From: Glycera tridactyla | Lineage: Eukaryota | Assembly (NCBI GenBank): GCA_965644265.1 | Contig: OZ286472.1 | Location: 51,584,001-51,648,000, forward strand | Reading direction: 5' to 3' | DNA: 64,000 nucleotides | Shown here: positions 36,371 through 48,840 of the stretch, one piece after another | Layout of the letters: every line of letters starts with the position of its first letter | Position numbering within the stretch: the first letter of the stretch is position 1 | Notes under the pieces: model-generated | What the model was told of the DNA's origin: nothing | What the model saw: only the letters and a program-made list of their open reading frames with translations | The model's database searches: none | Made by a program: the position numbers and the translations under genes

Positions 36371-36889
36371 CGCAAAACATTGGTTCTACATCCACTTTCA
36401 TGAGTTGAGTTCCACGGACACCCCTTCACTCATGTCCCAGAACTGTCTGTCTAATTTCACAACTCATTCCCAGTCTTGATTTCTTTCCCATCCTAAAGCA
36501 TATCGGGCTGTTAGCATGTATTCTCATTGCCCGACTTGCAGTTGAGAGGAACTAGATCCCCTATTCTCAAATGGTCTCGTCAAACCAAATCACATCAGGC
36601 AAATTTAACACTCGGGCTAATCCCAGAATATGATTTGGCAGTCATCTTGGGAACTTGCGGACAGTGGACGGGTCTTCGTTTGACTTTCTTTGCCTCTCAG
36701 GTGGTGTCAAGTCTGGCGTTGGTGATGGAGTAACGTTTGCCACCAGGCCAGCAACTCGAACATGAGTTCCAGATATAATCGAAAAATTGCTCGAGACCAT
36801 CATCTATTTAGCGATTTCAGGGCTCTCATTTCCACGTAGACTCGTCATCAAAATTGGCCCAAAAAGTGATTCACAATACTTTCATTTGG

Positions 36890-37073
36890 GAAATGGAAAT
36901 GTTTAGGTTTTAGGTCCACTTTCTGCACTTGAATAGGCTAAATCAGTCCACCTGCCAAGGTGGAGCGAAGATGAAGGGTGAAACATTCCTGCATGGTAGG
37001 ATCGGGGATTGAACTCCAGACCCATTGCACGTCGGGCCAGCATGCTACCACTGAGCCACCAAGGCAGGCTTCC
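36890..37073 (-). mobile_element. tRNA-derived SINE family A, full-length copy
   Basis: A box TGGCTCAGTGG, B box AGTTCAATCCC, body colinear with 2560-2740 and a CATTTC tail. Confidence 0.8.
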
Positions 37074-37169
37074 ATCTGGGATGCATGAGAACATAAAATA
37101 TGAAACTGATTACAGTTACTTAAACGGGATGGGCATTCACATCTTCTATGTCAACTGAAGATGATTTTG

Positions 37170-37330
37170 GTGAGAAGCATTATCGTTCTCCTGAGCAATT
37201 GTGAACAGTTTCTTTTGGTCGACACTAAGCTTCCGCTCTCTTGGATCTTCCCTAAGAGTGAGTTCGATAATCTTGGAGCACTCGAAACAAAGTTGTGCTG
37301 GATGAGGAATAATTTCTTTTCCCTGGGTAT
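37170..37330 (-). pseudogene. Possible CR1/L2-type LINE ORF2 C-terminal remnant
   Basis: FVSSAPRLSNSLLGKIQESGSLVSTKRN resembles the typical 'FS..APRLWNSLP..IR...SL..FK..L' ORF2 end. Confidence 0.4.
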
Positions 37331-38390
37331 TTCGTGTTTCAGTCTATGCAGCCGGCTGAGGTGATATCAGGAGGTCACCATTTCCAATCTAATGCAGGTT
37401 CGAATATCGCATCGTGATATTATCTTTTTTGCAAATGTTGCCCTCATCATGGGTAACATGAGAACAATGCACTAACCCAACACTTGCTTGAAACATGAAC
37501 TAGACACTGCTAGTTTTGTCTATTAGGCTATATCTGACCTACGACATCGAAAACATATATTCAGACATGATCAGCCACGAATTTTAATGGAAGGACATCG
37601 TGGACACCAGTAACATGACCAGTCTCTTCAGGTAGTCACTGTTTTCACGCAGTGCTCAGGAGCTAGTTTCACTTTTTCATTTGAATAATTTATATTACAT
37701 CGTCAATACAGTTGACGACAAACATGACATCATCTTCAGGTTGACAAGATAATAAGAGAAAAACACATACGAGAAGTGTGAGATGAAATGAGTATATACA
37801 AATGAATGAGATGGACGAGATGGAAATGGATAATGAATTATGATGAATGATTGACCTTTTGTCCTTTGACAACATAGCGTTAAGTGTATGACCATTATTA
37901 TAACATATGCAGTGGTTGATGTTGGTCTTAACTTCTCAGGTTCGCACAACCATATATTTCTATCATGCAAGACTATCGTTTGATACCTTTAATCATCCTT
38001 AAATGAAGTATACTCAGCGTTCGTACAGATGGTTATAGTCGTTGAGGCCTTTTAAGTCAATAATTATAAAACAAGAGTAAGAGCCCGAACTGTTAGTGTG
38101 CTGGTGAACTAGGTGTCAGGTGCATTAGTGACCCCCTTGATGCTGAGTGATGTAAATCTGAACGGTATAGTGCAATCATGTTCAGGAGGTGGAGTGGTTA
38201 GATTGTGAGTGGAGGTATCATGGCCTCTAGTGGCAGCCTCCCTCTTTCACGAGGAGCATTTACATGAAGGTGTTACATCCGCAATCGCATCTATTATGGA
38301 ATGGATTTGTGATGTTGTCGTGTAAATGTTCAACGAAAACCCATCAGTGCTATTAGAGCTAGCATTTTGTGAAGAGGTTGATTGGTTATT

Positions 38391-38824
38391 ATAACCCCGC
38401 CCCAACGAAGTTTGGTAGGGGTATACTGGAGTCACACTGTCGGTTGGTCAGTCTGTCAGCCTGCAGGGACTTTGTCCTGCAAACTACTCTCACATTTCTC
38501 AAGATATTGGATTGAAACTTCACATATGTCATCACCATGAAGTGTAGATGTGCAAGACACAGCTTTCCTCCTGATCAATCCTCACAGAGTTATTTGAGAA
38601 AAGAAAAAGATTTTTTGTATCTGTGTGTTCGGTTGTATCTGTTAGTTCAGAATTCTTCGAAATTGAAGAGGCTCATCAACTGCCTGTATGGTTGAAGGCC
38701 TATCACACTCTCCCTGGATTTCCTTTCATTGTTATGTAAGATTCTCCAGCAATAGACATACTTCTTTTGTTCATCTATAATGACAAACACATTAGCACCC
38801 CATTTCCTTCCCCCAGCACACATG

Positions 38825-38897
<73 letters not shown>

Positions 38898-38974
38898 GGC
38901 CGTATTGTGTACATTCTTAGTGTCAAAGTGGCAGCGTGGGTTTTGTTAGTCACCTTTGTGACGAAGCTCCAGTT
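38391..38974 (+). mobile_element. HINE family H1 copy without MITE cargo; internal (CA)n
   Basis: Same 5' end (ATAACCCCGCCC.AACGAAGTTTGG.AGGGGTATACTGGAGTCAC), core and 3' GTCAC-GTGAC stem-loop as 22725-23606. (CA)n at 38826-38896. Confidence 0.75.
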
Positions 38975-39624
38975 TATGGAGGTTCGTATCATCAGACCCT
39001 CGTTGTAAAAGGGGGTCAAGCCTTGATATGGCTTCATAAAACTTGCTGTTCGATACCTTCAAACAAGCTCAAAAGATTAGTCTCGAAATGTGTTCAGTTT
39101 ACGACCATGTCAAAGTTGATGGGTAAAGTTGTTAGTCATCGTATAATGAAAAAACGATTATATAGCATTGTCGGTCGGATCTCTCAACATGGTGGGAAAC
39201 CCACTTAATCGTTGTCAGTTGAATCTGGGAAATTAATCTCTTAAGATAGAAAAATCAGACATCGAAGTCATTTGCCCGCCACTCCCCCAAAATGCCCTCT
39301 CATTGGATTACATGCACATTCAAGGTGCTTGCTACACCCACGGCATAGCTGTTGGCTTGAGGTCGGCTTGGTCAAATGAAAACTCAAACTCGAACTGAGG
39401 ACTTTTATTCATCTTTTCAAAATAACAATATCATCAAATCTCTGCATTTACATCTATTCTATCCCTTCAAGTTCTTTCTTGATTCCCCAGTAAATCGATC
39501 GCATGTGAATTGCAGGCACCTACTATCATAAAGCTGGCAGTATCCCCAGAGTATAATGCTTTTCCTTGTTTGGAGGAACTCCGCTCAGGAGCATTGTTCT
39601 CTGTCTTTGTGTCTATCGGTCCAC

Positions 39625-39793
39625 CCATTCATTCATTCATTCATTCATTCATTCATTCATTCATTCCACTCATCCACCCGTTCATATGTATCCATCCATC
39701 TGTTTATCATTCCTCCCATCCTCCTATCCATATACCCATCCATCTATCCAGCAATCAATTCATTCATCCATCCCCCACCCATCCATCCATCAA
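39625..39793. repeat. (CATT)/(CATC)n microsatellite next to a gap
   Basis: Direct reading; N-run at 39794-39933. Confidence 0.9.
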
Positions 39794-42639
39794 NNNNNNN
39801 NNNNNNNNNNNNNNNNNNNNNNNNNNNNNNNNNNNNNNNNNNNNNNNNNNNNNNNNNNNNNNNNNNNNNNNNNNNNNNNNNNNNNNNNNNNNNNNNNNNN
39901 NNNNNNNNNNNNNNNNNNNNNNNNNNNNNNNNNAGTCAGTTGGCCCATCCAGCAACTTCGCTCCCCTCCCATCACCTGCCACGTAGGAGGTCAGTCAGTC
40001 AGTCAGTGTTGGCTCATCACTTTATCGCATCTTGGTGAATTATAGCGTGATGCTGACGCGCGAATGTCAGTCCAGCATCACCATCAGCCTCCCAGTCCAG
40101 CCAGATGATGAGCAGGTGTGGAAGGATGGAGCAGCAATCAGGACTGACCATCACCCTCACTTCTACGCCGTCTTCTTACTGAAAAAAGCTCCTGTTGCTT
40201 AGATGCCCACCTTGACAACGCAATTGAATGTGGAGCAATCAGACCAGCATCATCATCACCGCATCTCGGATGTTGATATCTACACACCTGGATGCCAATG
40301 GCACATTAACCTATCAGAGGCGGGAGGTAACCCATTTATACCCACATATTCTACACTGTCACATATATAACAACTGGGAATAGTAATCCTTTACGGACAT
40401 ACGAGGGTGATAATTCGGAGCTCAAATCATACCAGTCGCCTGCATATAAACCAAATGAATGCTGGTGAAATGGAAGATGCCGAGAAAATGCCGTGTTGAT
40501 GTTCTAATGAATTCAGGAATAAAAAGACATTGATTTCAATGGTCTAAATCAGGACTAGAATCGATATTCCTGACTGACAATGTGTGTAGCTGACGTGATG
40601 TAATTTCGACGAATTTAAGGGAAAATCTATACATTCCATTGATTAATATTGGACTGCGATTGTGAGACTTGACTTACTGCCTGAGGTAGTAGGATTCGAT
40701 CGTTTGTGGATTACTGGCGTTTGTTTTGGAAAAGTCTATCATGTGAGAGGTGAGATTTATGGAGAATTATTGACTTCTCTTTATATTTATCGACTTTTCC
40801 CCATGTCTCGCTTGCATATGACATCTGAGTACTGGGCTCCATCAGCCTGCAGCCATCAATATGACTTTTTTTTATCTGATTTGAAAAACTTATTTCAATT
40901 GGTCTGCAAGAATTACCCCTATGAGAGGAGCTTTTCCGCTGCAAAACATATATACAATATATAGAGAAAATATCTAGATAGGATATACGTATGAGAGGGA
41001 TAGTTTCTGGATGGCTGAAGATATGGGAGGGTTCCATGAGGGGACGGAAGGGTTGGGAGGGGCTGAGGTCTAAACGCATGAAGTGATGCTATCGGAGGTG
41101 ATAGGGCCTATGTTGGGCACCACCCCTTCTATTTTCGTCGAATATGTTCTCAATCCTATTGCCACCATACGGGTACCGTATCAAACATTTCATCAATCTG
41201 AAACTTCGCTGCATCTGTACCTAGTCTGTTGCATCTGTACCTAGTCAGATGTGTGTGCTGAAAGCAGTACTCATCCAAATGATGTCAACACAAAATATCC
41301 TCCTCGAATTTGCATAATTTGGGTCTTGTGAACTCCACGGTAGGATCACTCAATCCTCGAGCATTCTTGCTGTTTTACCACAAATGATTCATGTGTGAGC
41401 ACTCTCTCTGGGTGGGTTTCAGACCGAGTGGCAATATTGCAATAGCACTCTTAGTGAGCTCATGAACGCCACTCCCACTATTGATGTGTGCCGCACCTGC
41501 AAGTTAACTGGCAGAGCCCACTTTCAAGGCAGAGCAGCGCCGAAGTGTTCACCTCAAATGGATGCTTATTCGAAATCTCGTTTGATTCCGGCGTCCCAGT
41601 GCAGTGTGTCACATATTCCAAGTACGAATGTAATATATCTCACTCTTACTGTTACGAATTTTTCAACTATAAGGTGGCAATTATGCTTGCTTTCAATGGC
41701 AAAGACAAATGCTGCATGCTTACAGAAATCACTCCATTTGCAAAAAGTACAATCATTCCCGCGGCCGTTGTTCAGGGAACTTCCCCTCAAGTGACTATTA
41801 CCTCATTGGATATCCGGGAATCAAACAGATAATTGCACATTAGAAGAGAAATAATGCCCGAACCTACTTTCCAGGTGGTGTAGAACTCATTTGTTTTATA
41901 TGAAGATTGCATGCTGGAGACTCATTGATTCGCGATCTAGATTGAGCGACTTGCTGTGGATTTGTTGGCTACCATTAGTTGTTCCCATGGGACCTGAAAT
42001 GGGGGTGTTTCGATGATATGTTCTGTCATACAAGGCAGGGAATCGTATATCGCAGTATCCAATTCAAGGCAGCTGTGACCTGCCGTACGTTGAGGTATGT
42101 ATTATTGTATGGTATGGTATGGCATGGTAATCTGCTGTACGATACCACACCACACCACACCACACCATACCACAACACATCATACCATGCAATANNNNNN
42201 NNNNNNNNNNNNNNNNNNNNNNNNNNNNNNNNNNNNNNNNNNNNNNNNNNNNNNNNNNNNNNNNNNNNNNNNNNNNNNNNNNNNNNNNNNNNNNNNNNNN
42301 NNNNNNNNNNNNNNNNNNNNNNNNNNNNNNNNNNNNNNNNNNNNNNNNNNNNNNNNNNNNNNNNNNNNNNNNNNNNNNNNNNNNNNAGCAAAATCCGGTA
42401 TTGTATCACGGCTATGATAGATTCCATACACGGCAACCATTAATCATATCAGTATGTTCGGGTGGACACCTTTAGACAGACAGACACGGAGTAAAGCATC
42501 ACTTTCATGGTATCCACGAAGGTAGGTGGTCGATTATCGGAAGTCGACCTAAAGTGCTCTTCGTCGCCATGTAACGTCTAATTGGGAGAGTTCATATATG
42601 AACAACATTGAGTTGTTCTCGCCGTTAAATTGACATGCT

Positions 42640-42870
42640 ACTCACACACTCACTCACTCACTCACTCATTCACTCACTCACTCACTCACTCACTTACCCA
42701 CTCACCGACTCACTCACTCATTAACTCTGTCTCATTCACTCATTCACTCACTGACTCACTCACTGACTTACTTACTCACTTACTGACTCACTCACTGATT
42801 TCTTTACTAATTCACTCACTCGCTCGTTCACCCACTCACTCCCTCACTCACTCACTCACTCACTCACTGC
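42640..42870. repeat. (CACT)n microsatellite
   Basis: Direct reading. Confidence 0.93.
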
Positions 42871-44411
42871 TTCACATCACCTACTCTTTCACTCAGGTTA
42901 CCAACCAACCTCCTCACCACCCGCACTCCTGATTTGACATGTACATATATAGGCCACGTATTACTTTCATGTTCAGTATGTATGTCGGCTGTTGCCGACT
43001 CTCTGTCCAAGTCACGGGCGAGTATCATCAGTCGATCATGGCAAAATATAAGTACGTGTTCAGCACAAAGCTCATGTATGGATCCACCCGGGAACGGTGT
43101 CATTCAAGTCGGATTCGATTCGTTTGTTTGCAGTTTTCCACCCAACGACACGACATTGGCTATATTGAGATGTCCATGTGTAGAGGTCGGGGACCGAGAT
43201 CCTCCCAAACCCCCACCCCTCAAAGCTGGCTTTAGCTTGGCAGCAAATCACTGATCATTCAATCTATCCCAGAACATCAAGCATTCCCTTTGTTTCATGT
43301 ACTGTGCTTTGTGTAAAGCATTGCTTTGGACATGTGAATAAATCTCCACCTGATTACTATTATTTAGACATAGGTGTGCCCGATCAACAGATACTGTACT
43401 ACAACTCGATAATCTTGGTGCCGCCATTATATTTTGCATACGTACACTCGATGGTCTTTCCTTTCTCAGAACATGAGGGTCACTCATGGGGAAAACTTCT
43501 TACTCTTTCCGAAGATCCCACGAGGGTCTTCTAAGTGCATGTTGGTGGCATTGGTATAGCCACTCACGTAGTCTGCTGCTGGATAAATCCGCCTATGGTG
43601 GACCAGATTTTATGAAAAGCCACTCACAATATAATGCTTCAAAATACAATTCAACTTCTATATCTCCTTGCACGTATATCATTGATTCTATTCAACTCAG
43701 ACAGGCAGTATTGAGCACACAGCGACCTCGAACCTCTCACATCAGGGTCTCATACGTCGTGCAGATCTGCCTCAGCCTCAAAGCAGTGATACATCAGATA
43801 AAAGTTACCCACCATATACCGGGGGTTGGGAGAGACAATATATATGATCATGATGCAGTCGATGTATAATGTATATTCGCAATGTTTAACATCATAAGAA
43901 TTAAATAAATACTTGAGTAAGCTTTTAATAGGATAAATGATAAAGACCATAGAGACTATATTGGCACTAAGGCTGTAGAATATGTAGGGTTGTTAAGTAG
44001 CAAACATGTATCAATATATCAGTGCGTTTCTCTGCTACAGGTGAGTCTTGAACTTGGAAGTGATAGGTGATATACTATGGTATGTATTGTGGGAAATTGA
44101 CTGCCACGAGGTAGATATCTCCTGTATTAGCAGGTGAGATCAATTCTTTCAATTGGGATCCCCCACCCTGAGTACGGCTTCGTCATCGATAGAGCGCTTT
44201 GGACGGATAGGGGAGAATGACCCACTGTGCATTGCCCACCATCTTGATAACAACATCACATTCGAATGGATCGAAACTTGTATGCTTGCCATGGGTATAT
44301 TTCGTATTCCCCATCCTTAATTCTCTGATGGCAGGATGGCTGGTGTCGTGGATCGCTCGCCCACATACACTGTCAGCCACTCGGTTTTTTTATGTTTTGG
44401 CGGATGGATGT

Positions 44412-44893
44412 CATTTTCAGTCCTGTTTGCTTGTCAGGCCCCGAACGATTCTGAACTTCCAAGTCCTGCTATCCTCAACTTTTTCCCTCTGATACTTGCT
44501 TGTTTGAGTATGGGGGGGGGGGGGGTATACCACATACAAGCTAGCATGGTCATCTTCTCCTTGGGCAGCTATCTCAAAACTCTTGTAGCTGTAGCTCATT
44601 ATACCGCCGCCCAAACGAAGGGGTACACTGGAGTCACTCTGTTGGTCGGTCGGCCATTTTCAGTCCTGTTTGCTTGTCAGGCCCCGAACGATTCTGAACT
44701 TCCAAGTCCTGCTATCCTCAACTTTTTCCCTCTGATACTTGCTTGTTTGAGTATGGGGGGGGGGTATACCACATACAAGCTAGCATGGTCATCTTCTCCT
44801 TGGGCAGCTATCTCAAAACTCTTGTAGCTGTAGCTCATTATACCGCCGCCCAAACGAAGGGGTACACTGGAGTCACTCTGTTGGTCGGTCGGC
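44412..44893 (+). repeat. About 240-bp tandem duplication covering flank plus the H1 5' end
   Basis: 44412-44654 and 44655-44893 appear identical except for G-run length. Confidence 0.95.
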
Positions 44894-45457
44894 CGGTTGG
44901 TCTGTCCGCAAGAGTTTGTCCCAAGAACTACTCCCACATTTCTTAAGCTATTTGATTGAGACTTGGCATATGTCATCACCATGAAGGGTAAATGTGCAAG
45001 ACATTTTCATGCAGATTGGTCAATACATTCCAGAGTTTTTTCAAGAAAAAAGGAAATTGTTTGTATCTGTGTATTTGGTTGTATCTGTAAGTTTGGAATT
45101 CATTGAAACAGTGGAATCAGTGAGGCCCATTATTGGCTGTATGGTGTAAGGCCTCTCACACTCCCCTTGGCTTTTCTTCCATTGTTATGTAAGATTCTCT
45201 GCTGTTCTCCTCCATGACACTGGACCACCTCTCCATAAAGACCACCTGCCTACAAATGTCACCTGGAGTTGTGACCATGATACTTTTTTCACCAGTAAAT
45301 GACCTCTATTAAAACCACATGTCTACAAAGGTCACTTTTGGGTGTGACAGTCAGTGGCCTTCATAGACAGGTCGGTCATATCTTGGCCATATTGCATACA
45401 TTCTTAGTATCAAAGTGGCGGGTGTATATTTGGTCACCTCTGTGACAAAGCGTTAGT
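44840..45457 (+). mobile_element. HINE family H1 copy with MITE cargo
   Basis: Same termini and core as 22725-23606, with internal ACCACCT..ATAAAG/CAGTAAATGACCTCT MITE sequence. Confidence 0.7.
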
Positions 45458-46909
45458 ATACAGTTAGTCCAAGTTTGAAAGTGGCGCGAGCCCATGGCTT
45501 ATTTTACAATTGTTGAATACGTTGCTGGAATTGTCAAAGAATACTCAACAATCTTACGATGGTGTATATTGATTGATTGAAATTTCTTCATTTTATTTCA
45601 TCATCGGCACATGCAAGTACATACAATCACCATATGGATGCTACTTTTAGAATTTTCTCACATGTCAGACAAAATACCAACCATATTCATCTTTTATAGC
45701 CATGGTTGCCAAAGGGCAAATATGCAATATCTTTTGATATTTCTGGCGTTGCATGAAAGATACGAGTCAATGAAAGGAGGGGGTTGATAATCAAGTCGGA
45801 GCATGTAAGGCGTTGACTGTAACAGGAAACCACGGAATGGGAAGTTCTTATGTACAGAGAAAACTCTGGGAATAAGGATGCGACATGGAAAGAGTAAAAA
45901 TATAATCAAGGTTTGGTATTGGTTGGGCAAATGTAACTGTCAGCCTTACCACGCCAGTCTTATTAAATCTATCAGCACTAGCCCGCCCGGCCAATAGTGG
46001 CATTTCTACTAGCCCATAGGCAAGTCCATCTAAATGACTTGCATCTGATACGACTTGCTTCGAATGATAGCCAACAACACGATCGTATTTGTCCGACTGT
46101 CATAATCTAATCAGGCTACCTGCTAGGAAATATAAACATGTCGGTCATCATCAGAAGCTCCTGGTTGATGAGTTTGGTATTTACGTCCTCTCACCAGCGC
46201 ATGGGTTATATTGGACTGATACCGAACTTGCCATATGTTAACTCCCATGAACATTCTGGTGATAATTTATCACTAATGTGAAACAGAGTTCAGGCGCCGA
46301 ATGGTGAGATCAATCCACTACCTGTTTCTATCAATACCATTTATTTCTGTGTGAGTGCTTTCTCACAATCGATATGATCCTCCCATGTGGATAAGTCACT
46401 CTGATCATCATATGAAATACAGAAATACAGAAATCCACTTTTGCAGTGAAGCTTTTCTATTTGACATAGAAAAAAGGGTGTAGACGGATTCGCAATGTGT
46501 GTGGTGTGAACAGGGACGTGAAGGTCTCTTCGACAGGATCAAGAGTACCCTGATCTCTTGGTCTTCTATATCCGAAAGTACTCTATAACAGAACAGAAAT
46601 GATAATTTGATCAACTTTCTCCGACTTACGTGGTAGGACGGTCGTGGGTTTACGCGTGAAAGGTTCATATATGCTGTCCATGTAATGCTGCCTTTACATT
46701 AAGCGGTTAGGAGCCATATTCGTGACGAATGCATCCATATTGATCTGCGGCAGATGGGCAACAGGCTTTAGTGTAAAATCGGGTCAGTGTAAGAGCAAAA
46801 CAATAGCCATGGTTTGCCGAAGGAAAACCTCCAATTCTCACATTGGCGGGCAACGCTCATCTTCAATCACCAACACCACCAACACCCCTCCACCACCACC
46901 ACTCTCTCT

Positions 46910-47880
46910 GTGTATAGAAACCGTCCGTCTCATAATCGTGTGCCATATGCGCCATTCTGCCTCATTCTGTGTCGGACCATGTCAAATCCGCGTCCATTCT
47001 GCCTCTGTCTGCCTCATTCTACCCCATTATGTGTCTTATCCTGCTTCACACCTTGTGAAAACTGTGAAAAACTGCCGCAGATTTATGACATAGAGAAGCA
47101 GACGGCAGCAGGTCTAACACAGATTCCTCACGGTTGTGAGGCAGACAATTTTTCTGTGTCCAAGATCATGAGACCTTTCAAAATCTTGGAAGCGGAAAAA
47201 TCGGCAGTCATGGTCTGAGGCAGAATGACGCAGAATGACACAGACTGAGGCAGATGGGAGATGATTCTACTGCCGGTCTGAGGCAGAAAGCTGATCGTGT
47301 GCCGACCGTGTGTGAAATCGCGTTAGTGTGGAGGCAGCATATCACGGACTGATAGCTGTCTACCACAACCACCACCTCCACCATCCCCGCCACCATCACC
47401 GCTCCCATTCTGTATGAAAACCTTGTCAGTCTGTCTCCCATCCTCACGCGATATGTGCCAGTATGTTTCATAATCGTGTACTATATGCGCCATCCTGCCT
47501 CATTCTGTGTTAGACCATGATACATCTGTGTATGGTCTGTCTTTGTCTGCCACATTCTGTGCCATCATGTACCTGATCCTGCTTCATCCTTGTGAAAACT
47601 ATGACGAAACTGTCACAGATTAATCACAGAAAAAGGCAAGCTGCAGCAGATCTGACACAGACTCATCATGGTCGAGAGACAGACAACTTTTCCATGTCCG
47701 AGATTTTAAAACCTTCTGAAATATTACAGCCGAAAAAATTGGCTTCCACGGTCTGAGAAAGAATGAGGCTGAATGAGACAGAAAGAGACGGAAAATGGCT
47801 GATGGGATACGAATTCAGTGCCGGTCTTTGGCGAAACCCTAATTGTGACCCGACCATGTATGAAATCGGTTGGCAGCATA
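46910..47880 (+). repeat. Two diverged adjacent copies (~46910-47330, ~47450-47880) of a ~430-bp MITE-like repeat
   Basis: Colinear blocks CATAATCGTGT..ATATGCGCCAT.CTGCCTCATTCTGTGT, CCTTGTGAAAACT, GGTCTGAG..AGAATGA, with internal inverted CTGCCTCA/TGAGGCAG motifs. Confidence 0.65.
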
Positions 47881-48030
47881 ATCGAAATTCAGATTTTGAT
47901 GTCGGGTGCGAAACTCAAACTAGACAAGCCATCTTGTATCATCCAACCACTGAACATACTCAAACCAATTTTTCTCTGTATTTTCTCGCAAAAGCATTTT
48001 CACATGGAATTTGCCGCTTCCTCTTTTTTA

Positions 48031-48076
48031 ATGCCTCCGCCATATTATGAAGGAAGACATATAGTGTTCACCCCAT

Positions 48077-48149
<73 letters not shown>

Positions 48150-48840
48150 TGGTCATCTTCTTGTCCATCCAATGATCCATGTCATGAGCAAAAAATGTCG
48201 TGCTTGAGTGATTTCCTGCCAAATGGTGGCCTCTGATTGATCGATTCGTGTCCGGCCTATAGATTTGACATCCATGACTGGATGTTAATATAACTTGGTA
48301 CACATGATCATCATATAGGTACAACTTGTCATGAGCGAAAAACGTCATGCATGAGATATTTTCCGCCAAATGGTGGCCTCTGATTGGTTGATTCGTGTCT
48401 GACCAATAACTTCACCAATCATGACTGGATTTTCATATAGCTTGGTACACATGTTCATCATATGAAGCTGATGTGTCATGAGCAAAAACCGTCACACTTG
48501 AGGAATTTCCTGTCAAATGGTGGCGTCTAAATGGTCAATTTGTCTTGGGTCCATAACGTCTCCATCCATGACTAGAAATTCAAATGAATTGATACGAACG
48601 ATCATCATATATGTTGCGTGCACAGTCTGCCACGTTTCAGTGATTTTCCGCCGAATGGTGGCCTCTGATTGGCCAATTCTTGGCTGGCCCATAACTTTAT
48701 CTTCCACGATTGTATTTTCCCAAAAATCTGTACAAATGATCACCATATGGAGACAATATATTGTGTGCAAAAACTGTCGCTCACTCATAGGTCCGGGTCT
48801 CAGCAAAGGCATCCGTGTCCTATGGACGCATTTCTGGTCT
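48031..48840 (+). mobile_element. HINE-like element with (GT)n and four ~147-bp internal subrepeats
   Basis: Starts TTTT|AATGCCTCCGCC, (GT)n at 48079-48148, ends with GGCATC plus a GTGTCCTATGGACGC hairpin. AATGGTGGC recurs at spacings of 147, 147 and 138 bp. Confidence 0.65.

Noticed and set aside
41462-41832. Overlapping ORFs; weak LINE endonuclease-like 'IRTWNM' on the minus strand
   Set aside because: A single short motif with stops on both sides is insufficient.
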